DNA of 63,125 nt, the filler included, from Reticulomyxa filosa (lineage: Eukaryota; Protista; Foraminifera): the NCBI GenBank assembly GCA_000512085.1. It is 15 parts of 15 records of this genome, joined end to end, with 100 filler letters (N's around TTAATTAATTAA, not from the genome) between each part and the next. Parts side by side here need not be neighbours in the genome. Positions count along the whole stretch, not along the records: positions 48,523 to 54,011 come from ASPP01012412.1; positions 54,112 to 56,792 come from ASPP01029596.1; positions 56,893 to 58,781 come from ASPP01020538.1; positions 58,882 to 60,074 come from ASPP01016189.1; positions 60,175 to 63,125 come from ASPP01001757.1; 10 more parts are not named here. One strand, given 5' to 3'. Shown in pieces: positions 49,180-63,095 of the stretch. The notes beneath the pieces are model-generated. The model searched no databases. It was not told the DNA's origin and saw only the letters and a list, made by a program, of their open reading frames with translations. The first letter of the stretch is position 1. The number at the start of each line of letters is the position of its first letter. Position numbers and translations under genes: made by a program.

Positions 49180-50700
49180 TTACCACTCTTCAAAATTACC
49201 AAGAACAAGTTCTGGTTTTAATTCAATCAAGTCGTATAAAGCATCATTACAGTATCGAAACGTTTTCATTTGATTTTGGTTCGTTGATTTGTGGACGGAA
49301 CGAAGATCGGGAAGATTAAAAGGTGTAGCTTTAGGATCGTTGAAAAAATCCCAATATGCATCAAAAAAGGGCATTTTTTGTTGAAAGCTCAGAATGCGTG
49401 ACAGGGATGTGGGATCCATTCGGGTGTAGATCCACTCCGAAGGAGATGCCCTCCAAGGTTTGGGAGAAACGGAGTCATTAGTACTATGATTTGGAGTGCT
49501 CTGAAAATAAGAAAATAAGCTACGACATTGCTCCCAATCCCACACATCAAATTTGACCCAGCACATAATCAAAAGGTTATATTCTTTCCAGTTTTTCAAA
49601 AGTTGTTCCAACTGTACAATTTTGAAAAAATGCGATATATTGATAGTCATATCATTATACCGAGAATGACGAACAGTGGCAGGTGTAACAAAAAAGCTCT
49701 GAAAATGTGTACGTAAAGTGTACAAGGCGATAACAATCCTTGCATAATGGCAATGTTGCAAAAACACACTGTCATCAAGCAGGACACTATTTTGCAACGA
49801 CCATGAATAAGCTCGTTTTAAATTGATAGCAAATGCATCATTCCCAGAGTCAGTGCCAAAGTGATTATACACTCCATTATTTTCCACTTGCTCTTGCAAG
49901 TAGTTTTCTACATTTTCCAGTGATTTGACATCTTTCAATGCAAAAGTTGTGGATTTCCAAGCATTGATCGGACTCTCGACCAATAATAAAAACTTGGTTT
50001 TGCATGGTGTCATCGCTTTCAGCACTTGTTCGAATAGATATGGGTACGTACTCACTATCGCAGATGCATCCAAATTCCACTTCTTTTTTTCTGCCACCGT
50101 TTCATTCTCACTCTGTTTTTCATTACTCACTCCAAATTGTCTTCTCGAGTACACATTTATATCAAGCACTCTCTTTTTTGTATACATGCTGTGTTTATTC
50201 TCTTTCATCCATTTCGACCAATACGACTTTGACAAATTTCTCTCAGGACTGCAGTACCCTCCAGTTTAGTTATATTAGTTTATTGTATTATATTTATATA
50301 TAAATATAATACAATATATACATATATTTACTCATTTATTTTGTTATAATTTTTTATACGTAACCTCACAATGTCCGGAAATTGGCGCAAGGTCTGAAAG
50401 AGGGCGTCTGATGTCTTTGAAGAAATAGAGTCTTCGAAAATGAAGAGAGCTGGTGCATTGTCGATTGTGGCAGCAGTGCATAGATTGACAACATCTGGAT
50501 CCATGATTTCAGATCCTAACAACTCCATCTTTTGATCTTATTGTTGGAAGGAGCTCGATCTGAGGCCTGTCAAGTGTGTTACCAATATCACTTAGCTGCA
50601 CCTTGCTTGAAAATTTGTCATCTTTTTCAGGTATCCACGGATCAAAAACTGTGCTCTGTACGAAACAAATAAGTCCCACCCTTTTTTCCTCTTCCTGCAA
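49180..50700 (-). CDS. Hypothetical protein (multi-exon)
   Basis: 351-aa ORF plus two upstream ORF segments separated by a (TA)-rich intron and a probable 1-nt shift; no motif recognised. Confidence 0.6.
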
Positions 50701-51240
50701 TGTACGACAATAGCATCAATGGAAAAAAAAATTAACTGCAACCAAGATTGTGATAAATCCAAAAAAAAGGCAAATTACGACACTCCCGCCAGTAAACAAA
50801 AATAAAAACCAAGTGCTGCGCTTCATTCCTCACTCAAAAAAAGGGGAAACAGTGGAGCTTTTTTAAGAAGTTCACAGTCGTTAGCACGCGTTGTCGAATA
50901 AAAATACAGGAAAGAAAAACGTATGGTGGAAAAAGTGACGACAGTTAAAAAAACAAAAAACTAGACTTGAATTTTATGCTATTATTTTGTTGCTAAAGTT
51001 TGAAATGGAATTTTTTTTGAAACAATCACTTTTTTTCTTTGCATTACTTTTTGTGTCTTGTCAAAATATAAAGCGCTCAAAAAAAAAAACCCCCTTTGAA
51101 CTGTTCGGTTACATTTGAAAGCTGCCATATGAATGACATAACATAAGAAGACAAAAAATGTTTGTTTATTATTATTTTTTTTCAGTGTTCTTTCGTTTTC
51201 TGTTTGATCTCATCAGTACTAAAACAAAAAAAGGTGAATC

Positions 51241-53968
51241 TTATAAAAGGTCGTCCCCAGAATCATTGGGGTTAGACATGGCCAGAAAGCCAAGAGGAGG
51301 ACTGGACCTGTTGTTACCCGAGATACTTCCCATTGCGGATGACGGCACGCGTGTGTGCAATTTGTTAGTGGAAGAAGATGGATAGGTGAGCACGTTGCGT
51401 GAAGATGGATAATGGATCTCATGGTCAGGTTCGTCAACAGTTAGAGTGAAGATATCAGGAGCATCTTTCCCAGCATGTACTCGATAGCAAGAATAATGAT
51501 AAACAGCATTCAAGTTTTGTCCAAGACAAAAAGCGTCGAGTCATGGAACCCTTTTCCACATGGGCATTGGGTATTGAAGTCAATCATTCCGTAATTCGAT
51601 TTAATGTTTATAAGTTCTACATTTGTCTATGTATAAATAAATAAGTAAATAAATAATATATGTATGTACATATATATGTATATATATATATGTACATATA
51701 TTATATGTTGTATTGGGTTAACTTGTAAGTATTTCTTTTGATATAAGCATCTTTGAACTCTGGTCTGTCGATATCGATGCAAATTGGTTGGAATGATTTT
51801 TTTGAACCATTTCTTGAGCAGATAGACGGGGACATCGGCGGGCAGCAGTCTCAGCACTTGGGAGGGGTTGATATCTTGCGGATACGTTTCCAACAGCGTC
51901 ACGATTTTGGGTAGCAATTGGAGTGAACTGGGCTTGGTATTTGCGAATGGATTGGTAGGTGGGGGTTGCTGTTGCAGCTGTTGCTGTTGTTTAGTCCACT
52001 CCATATGAAACGCAATACGTATCAACTCCACAAATCGGTCGCTGCGATCTTTGGAGCGATGTGGAGCCAGCAGGCAGTATTCCACGGCACGGTGAAACGA
52101 GTTGATATCCTTTAAAAGAATGCGCAAGGCCTCGTCATGTCGTCCCAACTTTTTGTTCAACTCCATCATTTCCTCGCTCAATTCCAGCGTTTTGGCTTTT
52201 TCCAATAGCTTTTCAGGCGCATACCATTCGCTGGACTCCTAACAGCTTCAGTAACTTTGCACGAGTTTGTTTCAGCATTTGTTCGGGTTTCGAGTCGGAC
52301 ACTAGCAGAATTAGTCAAAAAAAAAAAAAAAAAACAAACAAACAAACATTTAGCATATTCTTCTTTAATCTCACTTTTGATATATGTGTATACACGTATA
52401 TATATACATATACATATACATATATATATATTATTTTTTTTTTTTTTTTGGAAATAAACATACTCAATTTAGAACCGACAATGTCAACCAACTTTTGAAT
52501 TTTGGACATGTACACAAAAGCCAGTTCGTCGTGACATGCTGGCACGATGGTGTGTTCGGTCATGACAATGTGTTCCAAAAAAGCCTCGACATAGTCAAAT
52601 TCATTGACCTCTTGCCACATGGCTTGGATTTCCACATTGGAGCGTGTGGACGACGCTTGGTGAGATTTGAGGCGATTCAGGCCACTCATAAGCGCAGAAA
52701 CATCTTTGCTCGGTTGCAGCCGCTCTTTCAAAAACTCGAGCACGTCGTTGTCCGGGATGCGTTTGATTCGCATCGGTTTGGTGAATATCTTCATGCCTTC
52801 GGCAGGACTGCGACGCAGCAGTTTCTCGGCAAACGACCACAAGTCGGAGCACAACTCCATCTCTGAGAGTATCGTTACCATCAGAGCAACGCCGTCATAG
52901 TTTGGGTTGGCAGCATCTGTCCATTTCTTGTTTCCAATTTCTTCTAAAATGTTTAAGCTGTTGCGAGTATACGAAGTGTCGGCTATTATATATGTATATA
53001 TAAATGTATACATATATGTGTATATAAATATATATATGTATATATATATATAAACCTTTGCTTCGACTGTAATACAATAAAGCCATGGCATAATACAAAC
53101 TATTTTCGGACAAAATACTAACACACTCTTCGATGATACAGGAATTATCGTAGTCTTTGGTGAGGAGCTCCTCCAGAGGAAAGGGCAGTTCGAGGAGGGA
53201 CGACTCGATAATGGAATGCTGATTGTGCTGCAGCTTGCGCAACTCTTTTTTGCAGCGCTGGACTTCGCAATAAATTTTGAGGAGCGCCGTGTCCACAGCC
53301 AGCTTCTGTTCGGCGTCGCGGATTTGCAATTCGTCCATTTCGGGATGGACGCGACGATTCCACAGCATGTTGCCCAAGTAATGGATGGCGCGCAAATACT
53401 CGGCGAGTTCTTCGATGAGCATGCTGTTGTTGAGAACATTATCTCGTCGCTCTCGCGTGGACACATTTTTGTCGCGTCTCCACTGGGCGACGACACGAAT
53501 GATATCATCGACAGTCTCTTGCTGCGGCGCCATGGGATGTTTGATGGTGTACGACATTTTGGCGGGTCTGACTTTGGGGAATAAGTAGATGACATCTCTG
53601 GGATCAATATCGCTGATCATAAAGTGCTCCATGGCCTGTTTGAAATACATATTTACAAACAGCGAAAACGCAGCTTTGCTGTGGAAGCCGCGTTTGGTTT
53701 CGCTGGTTGGATTGGTCTTCATTAGCAGCTGCAAGCCCTTTTCGATTCGCAGCGACTCGATGCACTCACTAATTTGTCTTTCCAATGGCGTCGGCAGCAA
53801 TCCTTGGATCTGCTGTTCGTCATAAAACAGCACGGTGGTGGACCACGCCTGACACATTCCAAGCACGCCTTGCGTTTCGCGAAGACTCACCAACATATCG
53901 CAGTTGGCATATACTTTGTCCATATCTTCGTTGTTCATTACAACAGGTAATGACGTCGACAAAGACAT
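51241..53968 (-). CDS. VPS39: Vps39/Vam6/TGFBRAP1-family tethering subunit, 3' part
   Basis: PLERQI..., F..F..AMEHF..SDIDPRDVIYLFP, VDTALLKIY, C.IEEC..IL, HDELAFVY, LGRHDEALRIL..AVEYC, C-terminal C..YHYSC zinc finger. Apparent 1-nt frameshift near 52239. Confidence 0.9.
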
Positions 53969-53976
53969 ATTATTAA

Positions 53977-54011
<35 letters not shown>

Positions 54012-54111
54012 NNNNNNNNNNNNNNNNNNNNNNNNNNNNNNNNNNNNNNNNNNNNTTAATTAATTAANNNNNNNNNNNNNNNNNNNNNNNNNNNNNNNNN
54101 NNNNNNNNNNN

Positions 54112-56791
54112 TAAGTCGAAATCAACTGTGAATATGTTCCAATTGATATCGGAGATAGATTCCGTTCTGTCTTTGGCTATTGTCGTTTGAGTTGATTCTT
54201 TGGATTCATTCTTTTCATGTTGTAGACTTTGTGTCTCTTGCATTTTTGCAGATAGTGTGTCAACGCTACTGGCAAGATGATCAGATTGTTCAATGTTTTT
54301 TTCTATCATAGCTTCCACTTTTTTCATTTGAGTCTATGTTTAATTAAAAAAAAAAAAAATCAACATATGTAAGAGAATCTGTATCAATCAAATTATCCCT
54401 TTCATTTATGTTTTTTTTTTTGTAATGAAGTGAACCATGAGATCCTGTTGATCTTGCGCATTTTTTTTAATATCGCGCAAAATGTCGGCAATTCCAGTGT
54501 TGGAATAATCGAGTTGCGTATAAATTTCTTTTTGTTGCATTTTCAACAAACCATTGATTTGCCTAAAATGACCCCCTAATACATCTCCACCCAAAGTAGT
54601 TACGTCATCTACTTCGAGGGCATTTTCAAGTGATCCGTTGGAAATGTCTTGTTCACTCGAGCTTTGGACGGAAGGAGCCAGAGAGTTTTCGATTCCAGAT
54701 TTTTCCTTTGTTTGAGCAGAGGCAGTAGTATTGATCTCTTGTCCTTGTTGGATCTGTTGTTCCAGCTCTGTCCATTTGTTGGCCAATGGCAATTGATCCA
54801 TATTTGCTTCCAACTGTGACGTCTTCAACTCTTCCAATTCATCTTCTGTCTTCCATCGTGTATTCATTTTTCCTTTTTTTTTTTTTTTTTTTTTTTTTTT
54901 TGTAAACATGAGATAATACATCATCTTGTCTTTAATTTTATTGTGTGAGTATACGGGATCAACTTCAATGTGGTGTTGCAACTCTTGATTGATTTTTTGT
55001 AACTGCCTGGATAATGAATTGTGGAGGCTACTCAAAGATTGGACAATATTTACATCTGAAACAGTGACTTGTTTGGGCAAAGCTTTGCTTGTTACTTCCG
55101 CCTTTTCCTCTTCCCATTCGGCTCTCGTCTCTTTTGCATGTTCGAGACTGAACTCCAGTTGTCTCACTCTTTCCTTTTTCCATCGCATTTTCATTGACAG
55201 AGACAGATCAACATCACAAACCACATTGCATTTGTTTCAATGCTCTTTGTCAAAACATTATGTAAACATGTAAATTATGTATTATTATATTATGTAAGTG
55301 TGTAGTTTTGGACATGGATAGACTGCTGGACATAAGTAATATCTCTGATTCCTTTTTCGGCTTGATTCATGTGATGGGTTATTGATACCAATGACTGTTG
55401 AACACTCCTTGTGTCTCCTTCACGACTTTTTTTTGATGTTTCTTCCAATTGATTCAAGCGTGACAAGTTCTCTTCGACTTTTAACAGCTTTTTGGATGTT
55501 TCTTCTTTTAAACTATTTATTGCCTTCATTTTGTGTACACGAATTTTTTTTTTTTCCCCCCCCCCTCCATTTGGTAACATTTACATATATGATGATAATT
55601 GATATATATGTGTGTGTGTGTGCGCGTGTCTTGACTTGCATAGTCAATTGAGCTCGATGACTATCTTCATTGCGTTTTTGATCAAAATTGGATGATTGGT
55701 TTGCTAACAATGCTTCCCATTTTGAAATATCCTGTTTGCTAACAGCATTTTGAAGCAAAGCAGAGATATCTTTATCTGTTATCAAAGTCTCTTCGGAGAC
55801 AGGTTTCATTTTATTTGACATCATTACTTTTTCTTCGTTTTCGGCTTCTTTGTTCCTCGTTGTGATTTGTTCATAGTTGTTCATTATTCTCTTTGTTTGC
55901 TGGCATTATTATTTCGTGTATTGTGTGTGTGTGTGTATGTTCTGATCATGGAAGAAAAGAGAAAAAGATAAAACCTCTATTAATTCTTGAAGCTCTTGTG
56001 TTGTTGTGTGTTGTTTTTGCTCTTCGGCGACTGATTTTACTAATGCCTCGACATTGTGAACATCGCTTTTATTTTCGATCACGATCGCCCTCAGTTCTCG
56101 CAGTGCACTCATGACATCATTTTGCGCGACATTTGTTTTGTTGTAATTGTTGTTCTCATTTAGTTCTTTTTGTTCTGGGAACGTTATCTTTTTATGTATA
56201 TATATATATATATATATTTATACATTTTATAAATGACATAATTGTTTATGCACAATACATACAAACCTCCTGCAAAGTATCTTTAGATTCGACTAAAGGT
56301 CTATGTTCTTTCATTTCCTCCAGCCCTTTTTGTGTTTGTTCGACAATAGCGAGTATAGCGTTCAACTTGACCTCCCATTCTGGCGTTTCTTGTTGTCTCC
56401 TGTCGTTCAAAGTAAAATAATACAGAAGATTAAGGCTATTTGCAAAAGCAAGCAAGATAAAACAAAAAAAAAAAAAAAAAAAAAAAAAAACAAACCCGCT
56501 TCCCATGGAATGATCTCTTTGTGGTGAAGGAGAGACTTGTTGATCTTCGTGATTACCAAACATGTCAAGATCCATCTCTTCATCCAGATTGTAAGTGGCC
56601 ATTGCAGCGTCGCTTCGAATCCGCTCGCGCAGGCCATCGGTGGCACAAGAATGTCCACTGATCTTGATCAATACGAGACCTGTATTTTTGCCTTGTGGAC
56701 TGGGAGATGGAGTTTGATGCAGCTCAATGGTGGAAGTGGTAGTGCCAGCCACGCTCGCACCACTACTCCCAGCCGTCGCAGTGACAACAAC
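54112..56791 (-). CDS. Large coiled-coil hypothetical protein (internal multi-exon fragment)
   Basis: Series of E/Q/K-rich minus-strand ORFs separated by poly-T/A and (TA)n/(CA)n introns across the whole contig. Confidence 0.7.
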
Positions 56792-56951
56792 ANNNNNNNN
56801 NNNNNNNNNNNNNNNNNNNNNNNNNNNNNNNNNNNNTTAATTAATTAANNNNNNNNNNNNNNNNNNNNNNNNNNNNNNNNNNNNNNNNNNNNTAAGTTAT
56901 ACGTTAAAGTTTTTTTTTTATTTAAAAAATAAAAAAAAAAAAACAAACAAA

Positions 56952-57682
56952 CCTGGTTTCTTGGTTTTCTTGTGCTAAAGTCATAATCTTCAACTTGCAC
57001 GTCAAAGAGTCCAGTGACTAGTTCGCGACACAAGTCCTGAGCGCGATTTAACTTGCCCTCCATTGTCAACTTGCGTTTGACGTACTCTTTGGACTGCGTG
57101 TCATACTCGGCGGCCAAGGACACGAGTGACTTGCTATCGTAGTACTTGAGACGATTGACTAGTCTCTTTTCCTTTGCGATTTCTTTGTCCAGCTTCTCAC
57201 AGTTTTCTTTGGCCTGCTCGGTCAAGTCTAGGGCAATCTCTTTTTTGCGATTGCACGACTCCACTTGCGAGCGGGCCACTTCGATCCCGTTCAGACAGTA
57301 GAAGAGACGACGACAAATATTGTGCAACTGCTGCTTCATTTCTTGCGCCTTGCGTCGCTCCCTTCGCGATTGTCGCTTCCATCGGAACAAAGGAGTGGAG
57401 CTCTGTTGGGCCTGTTCTCGGACGTGGAAGAGGAGATCTTGCAAACTGGGGCTATGCATTTTGATCTGTTCATCCAACAGGTACGACAGGTTTTTGATTT
57501 TGTTGTTAATGAACTGATGGACGAGAATGGGCTGGTACCCACCAAATGATATGGGCGCGTATTTGTGAATCAGCAAATATGCTGCTTTGTCTTTCACTCC
57601 GTTGGGAACCATTTCCAAAGGAATCTTGGCCAATTCGCCTGGTTCAGCTCCTGGTAATTCATTGTTATTATTAGTATTATTA

Positions 57683-57732
<50 letters not shown>

Positions 57733-58640
57733 GTTGTTACTATCAGGAAGAGGGGTAGTGCCAATTGGAATAGCTCCATCATTACCATTACCGGAGATAG
57801 CCAAAGGCTGTTTAATACGTTGCTGCAATTGCAGATACAACTCACAGGCTTTCCACAACGTGTTCTGCGCGAGTTCGCCCAGTTGTTTTTTTTTACGCGA
57901 CAGGTAATAAGTAGCCATGGCAATGTTCTTGCAGGGCTGACTGTCGCGATAGAAACGCTCGCCCCAATATAGTTTGTCCAGCTGCTCCATTTCATACTCG
58001 CTGACTCCGATTTTGGCTATATCAATCAGATTGATATACTGGGCAATAAACTTTTGATAAAAGCTCCATCCGTCGTATTGATGTTCATATTGGCGGAGCA
58101 AGTAGGGTTCATACAATAACACTTCGTTATTCTCTTTGTGCTTCTTTTTGGCCACAGGGAACATTATTCGCTCTTTCACTTCCTTTTCGATTTTGATCAA
58201 CTCTTTTTTCGGGTCTTCGTACACTTTCTTATTGTCGTCCAACAATTCACTCAACTCATTATACGCATCTTGCTCGTCCTCTTCATCATCGTCAAAGTCG
58301 TCTTCATCCTCTTCATCTTCATCGTCATCCTCATCGTCGTCATCCTCGTCATCTTCGTCCACCAATAGCTCGTCCTCGTCCTCATTCATCCCATCTTTTT
58401 TCTTTCGATCGTTCCCTAATTCCGATAACTTTTTCTTCTTCCTCTCACGCGCACGTTTCATCTTGCGCTTCTTCTCTTTCTTGTCTTCGCTGTCCGCATT
58501 CCCGTCGCCCTTCTTTTCCTCGTCGGTCTCCTCCTCGTCTTCCTCATTCACGCCCCCTGCCGGCTTCGAGCCGATGGGGAGCTCGAGCAGTCGTCGGCTC
58601 TGTTGCACTTGTTCTTTTGTCATTGCCGTGTGATCAGGAT
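56952..58640 (-). CDS. Hypothetical protein exon with acidic D/E tract, poly-Asn and coiled coil
   Basis: Single long open frame (within ORF 56845-58695) bounded by intron-like poly-A/T tracts. Confidence 0.75.
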
Positions 58641-58742
58641 ACCTTTTTTTTTTTTTTTCCATTGGTTTGGGTATGTTTTGTATGCTTTTATTCAAATGTG
58701 CATTTTTTTTTTTTAAAAAAACAAATAAACTTAATATATAAC

Positions 58743-58781
<39 letters not shown>

Positions 58782-58899
58782 NNNNNNNNNNNNNNNNNNN
58801 NNNNNNNNNNNNNNNNNNNNNNNNNTTAATTAATTAANNNNNNNNNNNNNNNNNNNNNNNNNNNNNNNNNNNNNNNNNNNNAAAAAAAAAAAAAAATTC

Positions 58900-59638
58900 G
58901 AAACGTGGTTATAACAATCGCCAGCGGCAACCATCAAATTAGATCGCTTGCTTCCGAAAAATTTAAGACAATACAATATACATGTCCCCTCATTGGAAAT
59001 GGTAGACACGTGACGAAAGTTTGTCGCGGTGATTGTGTGGACCTCTTTGGCGTCGTGTTTTAGTTCCAAACTATATATCAACACTTGGTTGTGCATTAAC
59101 CCAATGGCGACTTCGAAACTCTTCTTCTTTGTCGACGCATCCGCTGCTGACCCACTTTCTAATAATGTGCAGTCCAGTATCCAATCGTTTAGGACCAACT
59201 CTGATGTTAATAATGGAATCAACGTTTTAGACTATACACACACACAAGACAACAAACATACTTATCTTTTTTTTTTTTTTTTGTATTTGTTTGTTTGTGT
59301 GGTTAGATCTCGAGGGATCACTTCATTTTAACTGGAGTGTGATAACACATCAATTGCAACTCTTTCCCTCCTGCACAAAAAATTATGTAGTACTCTGATG
59401 TTATGTCGTCGTCCAATTTCGCCTCGCTTTCAAACTGCAAATGAAATGGCTGAATTATGTGGATCTTGTTTTGACTTAGCACGTTGTGACATGACAAGTA
59501 ACGTCCCGTACTGACTTCATAAAACGTCAAATATGAACCTTGTCCAGACAACAACAACCGACCATTTTCAATAAACTTCAAAGTTGTCACTTCACATTTG
59601 CAATTCAATTTTTGAAGATTTGACATTGTTTTATCCAT
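58900..59638 (-). CDS. WDR6: WDR6/Trm734-like WD40 protein, 5' part
   Basis: VTTLKF..LLLSGQGSYL, IH.I, GGKEL, DWILDC, AIGLMHNQV, CILYC, LMVAAG..N.V follow the WDR6 N-terminal pattern. Confidence 0.7.
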
Positions 59639-60250
59639 ATATTTACAATTCCGGTGAACGTTTCTTCCTTATCGTTTTTCTTCTATACACGGCTGCTTTA
59701 TCCAAAAACAAGTTTCGTCTTACTAATTGATGTCGTTCGTCTTTTAACCGAATAGATTGCAAAACAATGTGAAATAATGACTTATAAAGACTATTGATTC
59801 TTCATGAAAAATGAACATTATATCAAATTATTTTTAAAAAAAATTGTGCAATTAATGAAACTGATAAAGACACAAATATTAAAATTTTAAAAAGTTAATA
59901 ACTCATGTAAAACATTGCAAAAGGGAACCAAATATTTTTATTTGACTTGTGTTCATCAAAAATCTATGTGCTTTATCTTTTTATTAAAAATGAAGATGAA
60001 GTGATTGACCGCCAAAACTGAATTCAAACGCAGTTGGAACCGAAAGGGTTTGAATTCCGGGTTTTTAAAAACCCNNNNNNNNNNNNNNNNNNNNNNNNNN
60101 NNNNNNNNNNNNNNNNNNTTAATTAATTAANNNNNNNNNNNNNNNNNNNNNNNNNNNNNNNNNNNNNNNNNNNNTTTTTAAAAATCATTTCAAAAAATCA
60201 TATTTTTGATCAACATAGAAAAAACTTATTATAAAACCAATTTCATATTA

Positions 60251-60350
60251 AAAACTACAAGATTAGTAGATATTTTTTTAAAAAAAATGTTTAAATCTTT
60301 ATTTTTCATGGAGAAAATCGATTCTCTTCATATAGTGCCATTTAGGTATT
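60251..60350 (+). repeat. Dispersed non-coding repeat, copy 2
   Basis: Homologous to 8518-8620 by visual alignment. Confidence 0.7.
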
Positions 60351-60751
60351 GCGTACAAAAGTAAAATTCCGTAGTAGCTTCAAAAAAAAAACGGCAAACA
60401 CATATTACGATCTTTATAAATATACTTGATGTTTCTAATGATAGGTTTGATGATTTTTATGCGTTTGTTTGTTGACGAAAAGCAAAGACTTTGTGAATTT
60501 GTTTTTTTTTCAAATATTTTCCAAAAAAGGAACAACTCAAAACTTAAAAATTTCAAATTGACAAAAGTTACGTGAAAACTGAAATATTATCAACGCCAAA
60601 GATATTAATTTCCAATTTGAATACAAACAAAATAATGTATAAATTTTTAAAAAATTTCCTTTTAATTTTGGTTGTATGATTTGGTGACCTTTGAGTATTT
60701 CTCGCAATAATAAAATTTTTTTTTAGATCGAACGTAACAACAAAAAAGTCA

Positions 60752-61941
60752 CTAAGAACCAGCAATACAACCAAGTTTCAAAGAAGAAAAAAAGCAATTA
60801 ACAAACATCCTTTGCAAGGGATTTTTTAACATGGAAGACTTCCTTGACGCTCGCATAAGTCGAGTGGCAGTGTGAATATTGAATTGCTCAAAGTTCAAAT
60901 CTGGTCTGTGATATGCAATAGTCATGATCAAACAAGCAACAAAAGTACCCGTCCTTCCAACGCCACCGTTGCAATGGATGAGCACTTTTTGGTTTTGTTG
61001 ATCGACCGAAGGAAGGCAAACGGTGTGCAAAAACGTATACAAATGTTGGATCGAATTGTGCGGTATGAATTTATCACGCCAAGGATAATGCATCCAATTC
61101 AATTCTAAATCTTTTGCTTCCTCATTAATTTTCTCACAGCCACACAATGTCAGCTCGTTCATCGGGACCAATGTCACAACACCACTCACTCCATATTTTT
61201 GTTTGATCAGCTCCAAATCGCTCTTTAAACTACGATTTGACCCTCCTTTTTTTCGTCCTGGCAAGATTGACATCCCAATGTTCATACTCACAAAATCTTT
61301 GCTTTATATACATATATATATATGCATATATAAACAACATTGCCAAAGGGGGTGGGGGATGCATTAATGTCTACGTATACATAAATATATTTATTTATTT
61401 GTACATACACGAAGTCAATTTGGAAAGGGTCTGTTGTGACAATCTCGGATGAAGGAGATGTGTGAAAACAGGCACACCCTAAGATGTAGTCTGTCAGAAT
61501 GATGCCAGAGACAATGATGAAATAAATAGCTTGGACGCATACTTGAATGTAGAGATACACGAACGTTACATAGAAAAAAAAAGGATGGTCCATGAGGATT
61601 TGGTGAAGGTTTGATGAATTGGTGGAATAGGGCAAAAGCAATGCCACTAACACGGCAAGAAGACCTTCACAGAACATCAAAGCCGTCCACATATCCCAAA
61701 GCTCATGGTTTGTTATTATTCTATACATTTTCTTCCATGGATTACAGACAATCCCATAGCTTATCCACAACCACTGTGGGCTCAAAAAATTCAACCAAAT
61801 CTGGGGCGCAAGCTCACTTCGTGGACGCTTTTCCAAACTTAAACTTACCGAAAACAAAATTATATTTAAGACAAACAACAATACAGCCACAAAAAATGTT
61901 AGCTTTGGATCAAATTGAAAATAGCCATAGATAAAAGGCAT
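60752..61941 (-). CDS. Multi-pass membrane protein fused to a CDKN3-like (PTP/DSP) phosphatase
   Basis: Hydrophobic ORF 61288-61941 (about 4 TM segments) is separated by a (TA)-rich intron from GMSILPGRK..RSLKSDL..GVVTLV..EL..IHCNGGVGRTG (CX5R). Exact splice sites unresolved. Confidence 0.75.
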
Positions 61942-62365
61942 GTTAACAAAGAATTTTTTAAAAGGTGCTAACGAACTCCAAACAGATTCACTTTCCTTGT
62001 TGTTTTTTTTAAAACGCTTGGTCTTAAACGAAATTTACACATTTTTACTGTCATTAATTAGCAAGATTGATCACACTTCCTAAAAAATTATGTTTAAATT
62101 CGTTTAACGGTTTCTACAACTTAAAATTAACAAGTATCTGACAAAAAAATATATATCCTTGTGATGCTATTGCCAATATTAAAACACTCAATATTTTTAA
62201 AACAATCCGAGCTTCAAAAACTTTGATTTAAAAAAAAAGGGAGAAAAAAGAAAAAAAAAAAGCTTATCATCAATTTGTGCTTTCAGTGTACACATTTTTC
62301 TTCCTATTGAGAATTACCAACAAAAACAAAAAAACCAAGGGAGGAAAAAACAGATAGCGCAAGAT

Positions 62366-62863
62366 ATGGCGCAAGCATCAGAAAAAGAAAAAAATAAAAT
62401 AGAAGCCAAAACTGAAGCCAAAGTAGAAGCTAAGAAAAGTAGTGCCCAAAACCAACAGTATGGGAAAATATTATTAGCTCGTCATTTAAAGGATTGTCAA
62501 AAGAATGCAGTTACGTATTCCGACCACCTGTGGATCTTTCTGATGTTGTTGTTTTTTTTTTGTTTTGTTTTTCAACATTTATGTTGATCACTACATACAA
62601 TAAAAATACAAAAAAAAAAGGATGGATTTAGTGTAGGACTAGTTGATGATGATAATTTGTACGAATGGAATGTGGTGTTAGAAGGTCCAGAAGGGACAAT
62701 GTATGAAGGAGGATATTTCCAGGCAACCTTGTCATTTCCAGAAGAGTTTCCCAACAAACCTCCAAAAATGAAATTCACAACACCTGGATTTTGGCACCCT
62801 AATGGTTGGATTTTTTTTTAAGTTCTCGAAAATGCGCAAGCAAAAAAAAAAAAAAAAAAAAAA

Positions 62864-62895
<32 letters not shown>

Positions 62896-63095
62896 GTTAT
62901 ATATGATGAACTTATAAAAAAGTGTACAATGATGGGACCGTGTGCATATCGATATTGCACGAAGCAAAAGAAGATGAGTTTAATCCAGAAGAGAAAATGG
63001 ATGAAAAATGGAGACCTATTCTTTCCGTGGAAGCTATCTTAGTTTCCGTTTTATCAATGTTATCCGATCCCAATTTTTCAAGTCCTGCCAACATG
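62366..63095 (+). CDS. UBC7: Ubiquitin-conjugating enzyme E2, UBC7/UBE2G family (partial)
   Basis: Spliced exons give GFSVGLVDDDNLYEWNVVLEGPEGTMYEGGYF..FPEEFPNKPPKMKF..WHPN..DGTVCISILH, the acidic loop EAKEDEFNPEE..EKWRPI, and SPAN. Confidence 0.93.

Noticed and set aside
8418-60174. Recurrent TTAATTAATTAA flanked by Ns as a biological repeat or array
   Set aside because: Constant 100-nt artificial six-frame-stop linker. Gene adjacency across linkers carries no information.
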